From an uncultured archaeon (GTDB lineage Archaea; Thermoproteota; Nitrososphaeria; Nitrososphaerales; Gagatemarchaeaceae), in assembly GCA_963817525.1 (NCBI GenBank), contig CAWFOU010000007.1, positions 736,001 to 800,000 of the forward strand: a stretch of DNA of 64,000 nucleotides. The letters run 5' to 3'. Positions 38,859 through 47,975 of this stretch are shown piece after piece. The position numbers were made by a program, and so were the translations under genes. The notes under the pieces are model-generated. The model searched no databases. It worked only from the letters and a program-made list of their open reading frames with translations, and was not told the origin of the DNA. Position 1 is the stretch's first letter, and every line of letters starts with the position of its first letter.

Positions 38859-39941
38859 TCACGGGTCGATGGTAAACGTCTGCGTCTGATTGTCCGAGAA
38901 AACCAAGGTCAGCGGAGTCGGTGGAGAGGTCGCGCTCACGAGGACGCATTTTTCAGGATAGAAGAACGCTGGATAGCCCAGTGTACCGTTGGGTGCGTAG
39001 TATCCCCAAGTATCCGACTGACTCATGCTGGGAGAGAAGAAGAAGAACTCGTTTGTGTAAGGTAAGCCGGTGAGCGTGGAGTTTCCCGTGTTGGTCAGCG
39101 CAAGTACAACCGTGTTGTCAAGCCCCGGATTCCGGTAGTATGCATCGAGCTTGAGAGGACCCGGGCCGGCCGAGCCGTTCGTGTAGCCCACGAACAAAGA
39201 ATTGGACGCGATGGTGGCGCAGTCGAGCGGGTTCTGGTTCTCGACCACCCGGAAGTGGAGGATTGTCGCCTGTCCCCACAGATCTAGGCCCTCGATCGTG
39301 TATATGCCCGGGGAGAAAGGTCGGAAGACGTCTCCCTTGTCGTAGGTCCAGTAGCCCCAATAGGTCATGTTTGCGGCTGCCGGGAACCCCCTGTCTGAGA
39401 GGTCGTTGCTCATCGGCGCAAAGGACCAGGAATTGGGGCGAAATCCGCACCCATTGACGACTTCTTCGTTAGGACTGATGAGGCCAAGAGATTCGCCTTG
39501 GGACGCGTTGCCGACATCATAGTTGCCCTGGAATATTGCGGCGCCAACGGGAAGCTGACTGCAGGTTTCGTAGGAAGATGAGGGTAAATTGCTGCCAGCA
39601 GGACGGGTGAGGTTGTTTTGCGTGGCCAACGTGTTGTTCAGCGAGAAATACAAAGAGACACCGTCGTTTTCGGACAACGTGCTCCGCGTGATGCTCATCG
39701 TCAACTCGAGGCCTAGGGACGAGTTGGAGTCGCTCGTGGTGAGAGTCGAGAGAATCGTCTGGAGGCTTGTAGTCGAGGTAGAAGCAACGGTGGAAGCGCT
39801 GGTGGCTTCGGTCGTCTTCGTAGTCTTCCCGGGGGAAGGCAGAATCACAACAGCTGCGATGACGAGCACCAGCGTCAAGGCTATGGTCGCGGCAACGATG
39901 ACCGCCCGGCGTGAAATTCTAGCTATCGATTTGGGCGTCAT
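38859..39941 (-). CDS. Membrane-anchored exoprotein, GYW/DxWG-domain family
   Basis: N-terminal TM, T/S linker, QGNY, GYW, FSPGIYTIEGLDLWGQATILHF. Confidence 0.75.
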   Translation of the reverse strand: MTPKSIARISRRAVIVAATIALTLVLVIAAVVILPSPGKTTKTTEATSASTVASTSTTSLQTILSTLTTSDSNSSLGLELTMSITRSTLSENDGVSLYFSLNNTLATQNNLTRPAGSNLPSSSYETCSQLPVGAAIFQGNYDVGNASQGESLGLISPNEEVVNGCGFRPNSWSFAPMSNDLSDRGFPAAANMTYWGYWTYDKGDVFRPFSPGIYTIEGLDLWGQATILHFRVVENQNPLDCATIASNSLFVGYTNGSAGPGPLKLDAYYRNPGLDNTVVLALTNTGNSTLTGLPYTNEFFFFSPSMSQSDTWGYYAPNGTLGYPAFFYPEKCVLVSATSPPTPLTLVFSDNQTQTFTIDP

Positions 39942-40077
39942 GACCGTCTTACGCAGGAGACCGAGGCAAAATTTACGGGTTGTGGAAAAGAGTTCGTCGA
40001 CGGCAAGATCCCTTTGACAGATGAATGATTCAGAACCCTTAATGGCTGGCTTGACTAGAGAAATCTAGGGTTGGGGT

Positions 40078-41385
40078 TTGAAGGCGCCCGAGGACAGAAT
40101 TATCCTGACGAACAAGAGCCTCGCGGCGATGGGCACTGTGACCCTTCTTGTCATCGCGTCGGTAGCCCTCTACTCTAGCTATCACCCGGGTGCCAAGGCG
40201 AGCAGCACCTCCGAGACGTCTCCGACAGTCTCTATCCAGTCCTCAACCGCCTCGAGCGGCTCCACGTCAGCTAACCAATCCGCGTCCCAGACAGCCTCCG
40301 TCCAGTCTACGAACTCGACGAGTACCGCGCTCTCTTCCTCCCTCTCGACTGGATCGAGCATCAATGAGTCCTCGAGGGGTCTGGAACTCTCGGTCTCAAC
40401 GAACGCCACGATCCGAGAGGGCCAGAAGCTCACAATTGTCATGTCCCTACTCAACTCATTCCCCTCGCCTCTTATCGTCCCGGCATCAGACGGCTGGGGA
40501 GTCAATGGGTTCCCCGTTGCACTTTGGGGCTCATGCACAGGCCTTGAGCCATTGGAGTTCATGATTGTGAAAGGGAACTATACCGTTGCCGCCCTTCACG
40601 CGGCTTCTGTGAACGCCTCTGTTCAGGATGGAGGCTGCATGGAGGGGGGCTCGGTGTCCAACCTTGTCTTTCTGGGCGAAGGCAGCGATGCCAACGCGAC
40701 CGGAAAGTTTTGCGAGGCAAGTTGCTTCCCGGACAACAACCGCGTCAATCTGGACGCGAACTTCACTGTAAGCGGCTACTGGGCGTACCCCATCAACAGC
40801 TCAGAGGCCACCGACATCTTCACTCCTCCAACCCCGGAGTGCACGGACAGCGGAATACCCGACTGCATAAGTTTCCAATTTCCTGAGGTGGGACCCTTCG
40901 CCCAGCACGGGTTCATCCCTGGTTCGTACACGCTGGCTGCGGCTGACGAATGGGGGCAAACTGAGATCCTCCACTTTGCCGTCGCCATGGCAACCACAGA
41001 GGCCACTAGTTCCAACTCGTCAGGGGCACAGCCGCCCCTTGGTTGCGCCTTCGCCAGGACGGTGGACTTCGGCAACGTTCTTGAGGACATCTACATCTCG
41101 CCGGCGCCAACGCTGGGGAGCACCGTCTGCGTCTACGTCCACGCAGACACCAACCCGCCCGCGTTCCCTGCTCCGATCACCTTCGCCATAGCCAACTCCA
41201 CCGACTACATCTTCTTCACCGGTCAATGCGTGGCAATCCAGGGCGAACCTGGGTCTTGTTCGACCAGCTGGGACACGAGCCAGAACTACAAGGGGGCCTT
41301 TCCCGCCGGAGGCTCCTATCGGCTGCTCATTTCGTTCGGCGGACAGCTCATGGACACTGGGGTCACCTTCACGGTTTCTGCGTGA
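40078..41385 (+). CDS. Membrane-anchored exoprotein, GYW/DxWG-domain family
   Basis: N-terminal TM, S/T linker, KGNY, GYW, FIPGSYTLAAADEWGQTEILHF. Confidence 0.75.
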   Translation: MKAPEDRIILTNKSLAAMGTVTLLVIASVALYSSYHPGAKASSTSETSPTVSIQSSTASSGSTSANQSASQTASVQSTNSTSTALSSSLSTGSSINESSRGLELSVSTNATIREGQKLTIVMSLLNSFPSPLIVPASDGWGVNGFPVALWGSCTGLEPLEFMIVKGNYTVAALHAASVNASVQDGGCMEGGSVSNLVFLGEGSDANATGKFCEASCFPDNNRVNLDANFTVSGYWAYPINSSEATDIFTPPTPECTDSGIPDCISFQFPEVGPFAQHGFIPGSYTLAAADEWGQTEILHFAVAMATTEATSSNSSGAQPPLGCAFARTVDFGNVLEDIYISPAPTLGSTVCVYVHADTNPPAFPAPITFAIANSTDYIFFTGQCVAIQGEPGSCSTSWDTSQNYKGAFPAGGSYRLLISFGGQLMDTGVTFTVSA

Positions 41386-41635
41386 GAGAATACCGGGCCA
41401 AGGAAGAGGGCCTGGCGGAGACGCCCTACGGCACGAAGCTTGCTCAGGCCGATGGGCTTCCCCTAAGAATATCTTACCAATCACTAGCAACTACATTCGT
41501 GTCAGTTTAGGCTATCAGTTCGCGCTCCTGCCGGCTGTGGCAGACTATGCGTTGTTGACCGGAGTCGCGGCCGCTCTCACAGGGATCACGCTGACAATAC
41601 TTCGAAGAAGACACGCCAAATGACTCGATGACCAG

Positions 41636-42349
41636 TCATCTCTGCCGATGGCGTCGCACTTCGGCTGACGTCACGCGACCCTCGCCCTCTACGAGCACGT
41701 ATCCCCTTCCTCTTCCCAGAATTCGCCGAATGGTCTCCCTGGCATACTTTGGGTGCATCCTACGGAGTTCGCTCAGGCAGCGCCCCTCTTCGAAATGCGC
41801 TCTTCTGATATTGTCGTAGTCCCTCCTGGATACCTTCGCTCTTGACTTTTCTATCGCTGCAACGATTTTTGCTCTTCTCTTATCTTTCATCAGAGCGTCG
41901 CCTTCCGGATAGGTGAACGGAACATGAATGACGACCTTCCTCTCACGCCTTTCCCTTCGACCTGCCTCAACCTCCTCTCCAAAAATCCCGAATAGGTCGT
42001 CACCTCGAACCCTTCCCTCGTAGCAGTCGATTCCGGCCTGTGCCTCAATGGCTTTCTTGAAAAGGAACGGACGCATTGCCTTCAAGCAAAACAACACACT
42101 CTCGAATCGGCTCACCGCAACCATGTAGGCTGTTCCCTTGGAGGTCTTCAGGACGTTACTCGTAATCACACCATGCTTCTCAAGGAACCCTCGGACCATC
42201 ATAATCTGATCTCCAGACTGGTCGACAAAGATTAGGCTCAGGCTGATTTTGTAAGGCTGATTGGAAGTGTCTGAAATGACTATCGTCCCGTCGCCATCGA
42301 AGTAGCCAGCTACCTGCCTCCAGGAGGTATATTCGGTCACTCTCCACAA
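41636..42349 (-). CDS. Free-standing LAGLIDADG endonuclease-like protein with C-terminal basic helical extension
   Basis: QVAGYFDGDGTI motif, ...IFVDQS..., RPFLFKK; lower GC than host genes. Confidence 0.8.
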   Translation of the reverse strand: MWRVTEYTSWRQVAGYFDGDGTIVISDTSNQPYKISLSLIFVDQSGDQIMMVRGFLEKHGVITSNVLKTSKGTAYMVAVSRFESVLFCLKAMRPFLFKKAIEAQAGIDCYEGRVRGDDLFGIFGEEVEAGRRERRERKVVIHVPFTYPEGDALMKDKRRAKIVAAIEKSRAKVSRRDYDNIRRAHFEEGRCLSELRRMHPKYARETIRRILGRGRGYVLVEGEGRVTSAEVRRHRQR

Positions 42350-42422
42350 AGGTGGAATTGTGATAAAAGGGCAACGGTTAATAGCGGATTCTCGGATACT
42401 TCGGGACAGGTGATATTTGGCA

Positions 42423-42657
42423 TTGCCAATGGCCTTTCGTCCTCATTAACGCAGATTTAGGTGCTGAAGAGGAGCTGCTGAAGTCGCTCAGAGGGTTAGA
42501 GTTCGTTCGTGACGTCTACGTTGTCTATGGCGTTTACGACATCATTGCCAGGGTCGAGGCCGACACCATGGAGAAGGTCAAGGAGACCATCACGTGGAAG
42601 ATCCGCAGGCTCGACCGCGTCAGGAGCACCCTGACGATGATCGTCGTCGAAGGCTAA
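42423..42657 (+). CDS. Lrp/AsnC ligand-binding (RAM) domain protein with a +1 frameshift near 42436
   Basis: Not in the ORF track. MPMAF/VLINADLGAEEELLKSLRGLEFVRDVYVVYGVYDIIARVEADTMEKVKETITWKIRRLDRVRSTLTMIVVEG; span 235 nt = 78 codons + 1. Confidence 0.85.
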
Positions 42658-42687
42658 GTCTCCAACAAGGCGCGTCCTACTCGCCTC

Positions 42688-43737
42688 TCAGTCTTGGACT
42701 GTGAAGTGGGATAGCACAATGTCGCCCCACTCGTCTACCGCTGCCACGGTGTAGGTACCCGGAGGGAAGAGTAGGAATGTCTCCTGGGGATGGGCAGAGG
42801 CGGAGTCGGTGACCCAGTAGCCAAAGAGGGTCGCCGAAATGCTCGCGTTCACCTGCGTGGGGTTCGTCCCATACGCCGTTGCCTCGCTGCTCTGGGGTCC
42901 GAAGATGTAGTATGAGGCTGCATTTCCCCCGCAGATCGTTTTGCCCTGGCTCAGGGGCACGGGGGTGCCCTGGGTGAAGTTTCCCAGGCCGTAGTCGCCC
43001 TGGTAGACCACGAAGTCGACCCATCCGCCGGCGCAAACACCGTTGATGGTCCAGGGTGTGACCGCCCAATCCTCCCCTGTGGAGAGGTTGTTCGCACTGT
43101 CCAGCGTGTTGACATCGTAGGCCGTCACGGTGATCGTCTGGTTGGCGGTTGCCGTGAGGTTTAGGGTGAGGCTCAGATGGGTCTGTAGGTCGAGTCTCGA
43201 CACCGAAGCAGCAGGAACCTGGATGCTGGCGACCGCGGAAGAAGACTGCACCCCGGACGTGGAGGGTGGAGGCGCTGGTTCGCCAAGGATGAATGCGGTC
43301 GAGTTGAGGAGAACGCAGTAGGCTCCCACTTCGCCCGTGAACCCCAATTCGTAGGCGCAGTTGGCCCACGGTTGACTTTGGTTGTGGTAGGGAACCACGT
43401 TGATGCCGTAGGTCGGAAACGGGAAGACATCGCTCACCACGACTTTGCTGCACGATCCACCAGGCTCTGCGGGAAAGGAAGGTGGGCAGTTGAAAACGTA
43501 GGCTGGTTGTCCCCAGCAGGGCGCGTTGCCTCCATCGCAATTCCCAGACGCTGTGATGAAATCGAACCCGTAGACGGTCAAGAGAGAGCCTGTCGTGGTC
43601 ACAGTGTTGGTCGCGGTGGTTGTAGACGTGCTCGTCGATGTCAGCGTGGTCTTGGTGCCGGACTCATAGACGGTGGTCGATGCAAGGACTATCGTCAGCG
43701 CCACGAGGAGCCCAAACAGCGCGGATTTGACGTTCAA
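42688..43737 (-). CDS. Membrane-anchored exoprotein, GYW/DxWG-domain family
   Basis: N-terminal TM, Thr linker, Cys-rich domain, then QGDY, GYW, FPPGTYTVAAVDEWGDIVLSHF. Confidence 0.75.
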   Translation of the reverse strand: MNVKSALFGLLVALTIVLASTTVYESGTKTTLTSTSTSTTTATNTVTTTGSLLTVYGFDFITASGNCDGGNAPCWGQPAYVFNCPPSFPAEPGGSCSKVVVSDVFPFPTYGINVVPYHNQSQPWANCAYELGFTGEVGAYCVLLNSTAFILGEPAPPPSTSGVQSSSAVASIQVPAASVSRLDLQTHLSLTLNLTATANQTITVTAYDVNTLDSANNLSTGEDWAVTPWTINGVCAGGWVDFVVYQGDYGLGNFTQGTPVPLSQGKTICGGNAASYYIFGPQSSEATAYGTNPTQVNASISATLFGYWVTDSASAHPQETFLLFPPGTYTVAAVDEWGDIVLSHFTVQD

Positions 43738-43900
43738 CCTTAGAGGTGTTGAGTCGGCGGGAACCTCATGAAGCTTTGGATAGTTTGTTCAGGCCGCCCC
43801 CGCGGGAGCGCGAGGCAGCACTTTGACGATGTTCGTCGTCGAAGCCTAGGAATATTTTGGTCAAAGAATTATATATAATAGGAATATCCATAGATAGACC

Positions 43901-44098
43901 ATGAAGCCTTCCTTCCTGGTGGTCGCAAGAAACGGTGGGATGCTAAACAAGTTCGAGCAGGACTCGATGCTAAAGTCGTCGAACCTCAAGGACTATCTCG
44001 AAGGCCTCGGCGACTACCAGGACGTCTCGATCTTCCAGTTATCCATGAACAGCGGGATCAGCAAGGATTGGGTGAAGCTGGCCGCGTTCGAGTCCTGA
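43901..44098 (+). CDS. Small hypothetical protein
   Basis: ATG about 25 nt below a strong TTATATATAA box; host-like codons. Confidence 0.6.
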   Translation: MKPSFLVVARNGGMLNKFEQDSMLKSSNLKDYLEGLGDYQDVSIFQLSMNSGISKDWVKLAAFES

Positions 44099-44112
44099 GG
44101 CAGCACAAGGAC

Positions 44113-45228
44113 TTAGGAGTAAACCCTGGCGATGGCTCGAAGCTGGGCCCTCGACATCTTGACCGGAGGAGTTCCCAGAGACTGGACGAGGACCTGCTGA
44201 TGGCTTCCGGCGCTGCCCGCCTCGCTGACCCGCTCCCCGAAGGTCTCTCCGCGGGTCGCGAACATGCTAGCGAGGAAGGTCGTATACCCGTCTGGCTTCT
44301 GCCATTCTAGTTTCTTGCCGAGCTCCTGGAAGACCTCCCAGAGAAGCGAAGGCCTCGACAATGTCTGGGTCACAGGCGGGAGGGCTGCTTTTGTTTCGCC
44401 GCTCTGGTCTTTTTTGTAAGCCCCCACCGAGCGCACAAAGCCGCCTCGGGTCGCCTCGACCGTGAGCAAGTCGTAATCCATCGTCGAGAGTGACGAAGGC
44501 CATCCCTTCGCGTCGAGCCGCACGGCCTCGACCGAGATGCGCAGCGTGCTCTCGGCCTCCGCGGAGTCGACTGGGAGCAGATACGCCCCGAGCGGCGCCG
44601 AGATGCGGACCAGCTCGCCGAACCTCGCGACGAGCGACTCCTCGGCTCCTCCAATGGTGAGGGAGGCGGCCTCGAGAACCACGAAGAGAGACGGCCCGGT
44701 GTCCCCCAAGATGACCAGTAGCGTCTCGTCTACCCCGCCCAGTACCCTGCCTGCCTGCTTCGTCGCTAGCTTCACCTCCGCCAAGGCGAACCAGTGGAAG
44801 GGGTCGAGGCTGGGCCTGAGCAGGATCGAGTCTGGCACCGGCCGCAGGGCGCCGTGGCATCCCAGCCTGATCGCCGGCGTGCCCCAGAGGAGAAGGACGA
44901 GCCCGACCCCCCCGAAGACAAAGGGCGAGAGAGTCCCGCCCTCCGCTACCGCCACCGCCGCCAGGAAGAGGAAGACCAGCCCCAGCCCACGTCGCAACGG
45001 GTGGCCGACACGGCCTCTGAAGCTCACCGGGACGACGACCTGCGTCCCTTGTCGAGGGATGGTTGGAGCCGCCACCGCGGTCGGGGGGCTCCGCCGCCCG
45101 AGGCGCAGGAGGCGGACGATAAGGCCACCAAAGGCGTAGAGGAAGAGGAGAGCCGAAACAGGCCAGCCGCCGAGCGGGAGGAGCATCAGCCCGACAATGA
45201 CCGCGAGCCCCTTGAGCAGCAGTCCCAT
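44113..45228 (-). CDS. Membrane protein (about four N-terminal TMs) with large soluble C-terminal domain
   Basis: Hydrophobic segments in the first ~115 aa; starts 2 nt after the ATPase stop. Confidence 0.7.
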   Translation of the reverse strand: MGLLLKGLAVIVGLMLLPLGGWPVSALLFLYAFGGLIVRLLRLGRRSPPTAVAAPTIPRQGTQVVVPVSFRGRVGHPLRRGLGLVFLFLAAVAVAEGGTLSPFVFGGVGLVLLLWGTPAIRLGCHGALRPVPDSILLRPSLDPFHWFALAEVKLATKQAGRVLGGVDETLLVILGDTGPSLFVVLEAASLTIGGAEESLVARFGELVRISAPLGAYLLPVDSAEAESTLRISVEAVRLDAKGWPSSLSTMDYDLLTVEATRGGFVRSVGAYKKDQSGETKAALPPVTQTLSRPSLLWEVFQELGKKLEWQKPDGYTTFLASMFATRGETFGERVSEAGSAGSHQQVLVQSLGTPPVKMSRAQLRAIARVYS

Positions 45229-45230
45229 GG

Positions 45231-46313
45231 CTAGTGGAACCCCTCCCCGTCCACCCTCGAGTACCCGTACTTCGCGTACTCCCCCATCGCGGGGTGCCTC
45301 TGGACCCAGATGCGCCTGAGCTCCTTGTCATCGTCGTCCCTCTCCTCCGGGTTGATCTCGGCGGCGTCCTTGTTCCTCTTCGAGGCGCCCTTGGTCAGCT
45401 CGAAGCTGAACTTCGCCTCGTGCCCCAGCATCACCCCGCCGTATGGCCTCCTGTCCCACTCGTGCATTGGGTCGATGGAGACGTGGCTCACCACCACCAC
45501 GGCTATGCCGAACTCGACGCAGAGGCGCTGCGCATGGGATAGTATCATTGCCATCCCCGCACTCCTCGCGGGAAGGTCCTGCGTGTTCGGGAACGTCGAC
45601 TTGAATGGCGCGGAGATCGAGTCGTAGACGAGCAGCTTCACGTTAGTCTCTTTGATCACCTGCCTCAGGACGGACTCGTAGACCGGCGTCCGCTTCAGCC
45701 TTAGGGTGACACGCCCTCCCTCCGAGACCTCCTTATCCGCGACGACCCCGTGGAGGCTGAGGAGGTCGATGACGTCCGGCATCTGTATGACCATCGCCGA
45801 AGGCACCGTCACGTCGTCGAGCTGGAGCTGGAACTCGGGGCAGACCAGGTCGGCCATCGAGCCTATTTCGGATTCACTGTAGACTATGCCGAGCTGGTTG
45901 AGCGCGCTGCTCAGGGAGGTGATGACCTGGCTCCTGGTGGCGGGCTCCTTCTTCTTGTCGCCCCGTCCTGAGCCCGCCCTCTTTGGGACCTTCTCGAGCT
46001 TGAGGTTCTTGAGTTGGAAGTCCTGGCCGAGCTTCGCGCTCAGGCGGGGCACCCAGTAGGGGGCGAGGTAGCTGAAGTAGGACTGCTCGGTGTCGATCAG
46101 CAGGGCGCTGTGCCCGCTCGAGACCGCGGAGAGCGCGGCCTGGAGCGAGAGTATGCTCTTCCCGAGGGCCTTCTCGCCGAAGATCTGCGTGATGGTCCCT
46201 GTCGCCAGCCCGCCGTCCGTGAGGGTGTCGAGGACCTTGCAGTTGGTGGGGAGCCTCTCCAGAGCCCCCACCGGCCCCTGACCCGCCTTTTCCGACTCGG
46301 CCTCCTCCATCAC
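45231..46313 (-). CDS. RecA/RadA-superfamily ATPase (RadB/aRadC-like paralog with a long insert)
   Basis: RLPTNCKVLDTLTDGGLATGTITQIFGEKALGKS, IDTE, LLVYDSISAPFK, YGGVMLGH. Confidence 0.85.
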   Translation of the reverse strand: MMEEAESEKAGQGPVGALERLPTNCKVLDTLTDGGLATGTITQIFGEKALGKSILSLQAALSAVSSGHSALLIDTEQSYFSYLAPYWVPRLSAKLGQDFQLKNLKLEKVPKRAGSGRGDKKKEPATRSQVITSLSSALNQLGIVYSESEIGSMADLVCPEFQLQLDDVTVPSAMVIQMPDVIDLLSLHGVVADKEVSEGGRVTLRLKRTPVYESVLRQVIKETNVKLLVYDSISAPFKSTFPNTQDLPARSAGMAMILSHAQRLCVEFGIAVVVVSHVSIDPMHEWDRRPYGGVMLGHEAKFSFELTKGASKRNKDAAEINPEERDDDDKELRRIWVQRHPAMGEYAKYGYSRVDGEGFH

Positions 46314-47557
46314 TTGCTCAACTCCAGGAGGCTCTTCCCCTTCTCCGTGAGCGCCAGGACGCTCATCGGTCGCCCGGACTTTAGGTCCTTCTGCACGACC
46401 TCCACGTAGCCCTCGCCCTGGAGCTTGTCCAGAGTCCTCTCGACCAGCCCCTGGTCGTATGCCTGGGAGAGGAACGCGACCACGGACTGCCTCGTCGGCG
46501 CCTCGTAGGAGTCGATGTCGAGCAGCATCTGCGAGATGAGGTCAGCCGTCTCGGCCTCGGGCTGGACGGGCTCCGTCCCCTTGGGCGGCCCGCTCTTGGG
46601 CTCGAACTCCCTCGGGATGAACGTGGTATCGTGACCGTATGGGTGGTTGCGGACCATGAACATGTTGGGGAGGAGGACTTCGTCCCGGCGCGCGCTCCCG
46701 TTCCAGACCGCGCTCGAGTGTATCCTGACGAAGCCGGTCTCCTCGAAGTGCTCGTCGAGGCCGTAGGCGGTCTCCGTCGCGAGGACCTTGGGGATGGGCG
46801 AGGCGACGAACGACGCCAGGAGCCTCTCCGTCCTCCTGAAGACAGGCCTGACCCTGAAGAGCCTCCCTGCCTGCGGGATGATCACCACGTCCGGGCGGCC
46901 TGCGGCTCCCGCCTCGAGGGTCGCGAGGAGCTTCGCGAGGACGAGGGCAGCCGCCGTCTCTACGGCCTCCGGCTGGCCTGCCCCGGCGAAGCTCAGGACG
47001 GCGCTCCTATGCAGCAGCGCGCCCATCGCCCCCGCGTCTCCGACCATGTTGAGGGAGGAGAGCGAGGCGAGCCTCGAGATGAGCCTGTCCGCCGGGCGCC
47101 CCCTGAACTTGTCGTTCTTCTCGACCATGAGGTCGGCCACCGCTGCCGGGCTGGCGACGCCGCGCTCCGAGGCGATGATCTGCATCGCGGAGTTGATTAT
47201 CCCCTCCTGCTCGAAGGAGAGGTCCAGCGCGCACGAGTAGGCGGAGGCGGCGAGCTGCCCGTGGACGCTCGCTGAGGTGCCATCCTCGTCGATCCGGAGG
47301 GCGTCGTAGAGGAAGTGCGGGAGCTCGTACGAGTCGATGTATCCAGAGAGCTTCCCCGAGACCACGCCGCCGATGTCGAGGACGAGCGTCCTGAGCCCCG
47401 CCTCGTTGCAGGCGTAGGCGACTAGCGCGGCGAGGTCCGCCGCCCCCTGCCCCAGGATTGTGATCCCTCTCCGGATGTCTTCCTGGTTGAGCTCGAACCT
47501 GCCCGCTGTGCTCCTGTACCCAAGCCTTACCGACCTTCCGCTTGACTCAGAAATCAT
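46310..47557 (-). CDS. Degenerate HerA/VirB4-like P-loop protein with C-terminal winged helix
   Basis: RGITILGQGAAD at the Walker A position, LVLDIGG, VVIIPQAGRLF at the Walker B (hhhhDEAHR) position; C-terminal LDKLQGEGYVE...LTEKG. Confidence 0.6.
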   Translation of the reverse strand: MISESSGRSVRLGYRSTAGRFELNQEDIRRGITILGQGAADLAALVAYACNEAGLRTLVLDIGGVVSGKLSGYIDSYELPHFLYDALRIDEDGTSASVHGQLAASAYSCALDLSFEQEGIINSAMQIIASERGVASPAAVADLMVEKNDKFRGRPADRLISRLASLSSLNMVGDAGAMGALLHRSAVLSFAGAGQPEAVETAAALVLAKLLATLEAGAAGRPDVVIIPQAGRLFRVRPVFRRTERLLASFVASPIPKVLATETAYGLDEHFEETGFVRIHSSAVWNGSARRDEVLLPNMFMVRNHPYGHDTTFIPREFEPKSGPPKGTEPVQPEAETADLISQMLLDIDSYEAPTRQSVVAFLSQAYDQGLVERTLDKLQGEGYVEVVQKDLKSGRPMSVLALTEKGKSLLELSK

Positions 47558-47595
47558 GCGGAGAAAGGACGGAGCGGGCTTATAGAGAATTCCTC

Positions 47596-47617
47596 ACCTA
47601 AGATACTTATCTTAGGT
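47596..47617. promoter_or_regulatory. Perfect 10-bp inverted repeat (candidate operator) between divergent promoters
   Basis: ACCTAAGATA-CT-TATCTTAGGT, between TATA-like boxes at about 47580 and 47633. Confidence 0.7.
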
Positions 47618-47663
47618 AAGTCCCGTGTTTTCCTTAATTACTCTCGACCCCTCTTCCCGATGG

Positions 47664-47918
47664 TTGAAGAGGAGGCCGAACGTCCTCATCTACATGGAGA
47701 TCCTCGATCTGCTCTTGGACGGGCCTAGGGGTCCCACGAGGCTCGCGCAAGCCATGGGACTCAACTTCAACAAGTTCCTGGAGTTCGCGACCTTCCTGAA
47801 GGCGAGGGAGCTCATCAGGAGCGTGGACCAGGAAGGACACGAGCTATATTTCATCACTCAGAAAGGCTCCGAGCTCAACAACGACTGGAAGAGGGTCTGG
47901 AACAGGCTCGCCCCCTGA
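47664..47918 (+). CDS. Archaeal winged-helix transcriptional regulator
   Basis: KRRPNVLIYMEILDLL..GP.GPTRLA..MGLN...YFITQKG; TTG start about 24 nt after CTTAATTA. Confidence 0.85.
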   Translation: MKRRPNVLIYMEILDLLLDGPRGPTRLAQAMGLNFNKFLEFATFLKARELIRSVDQEGHELYFITQKGSELNNDWKRVWNRLAP

Positions 47919-47975
47919 GGCAACTTATCATAGGTGAGGAAGGGTTTTATGTCAAAAGCGGACTTCGGGCCTCTC

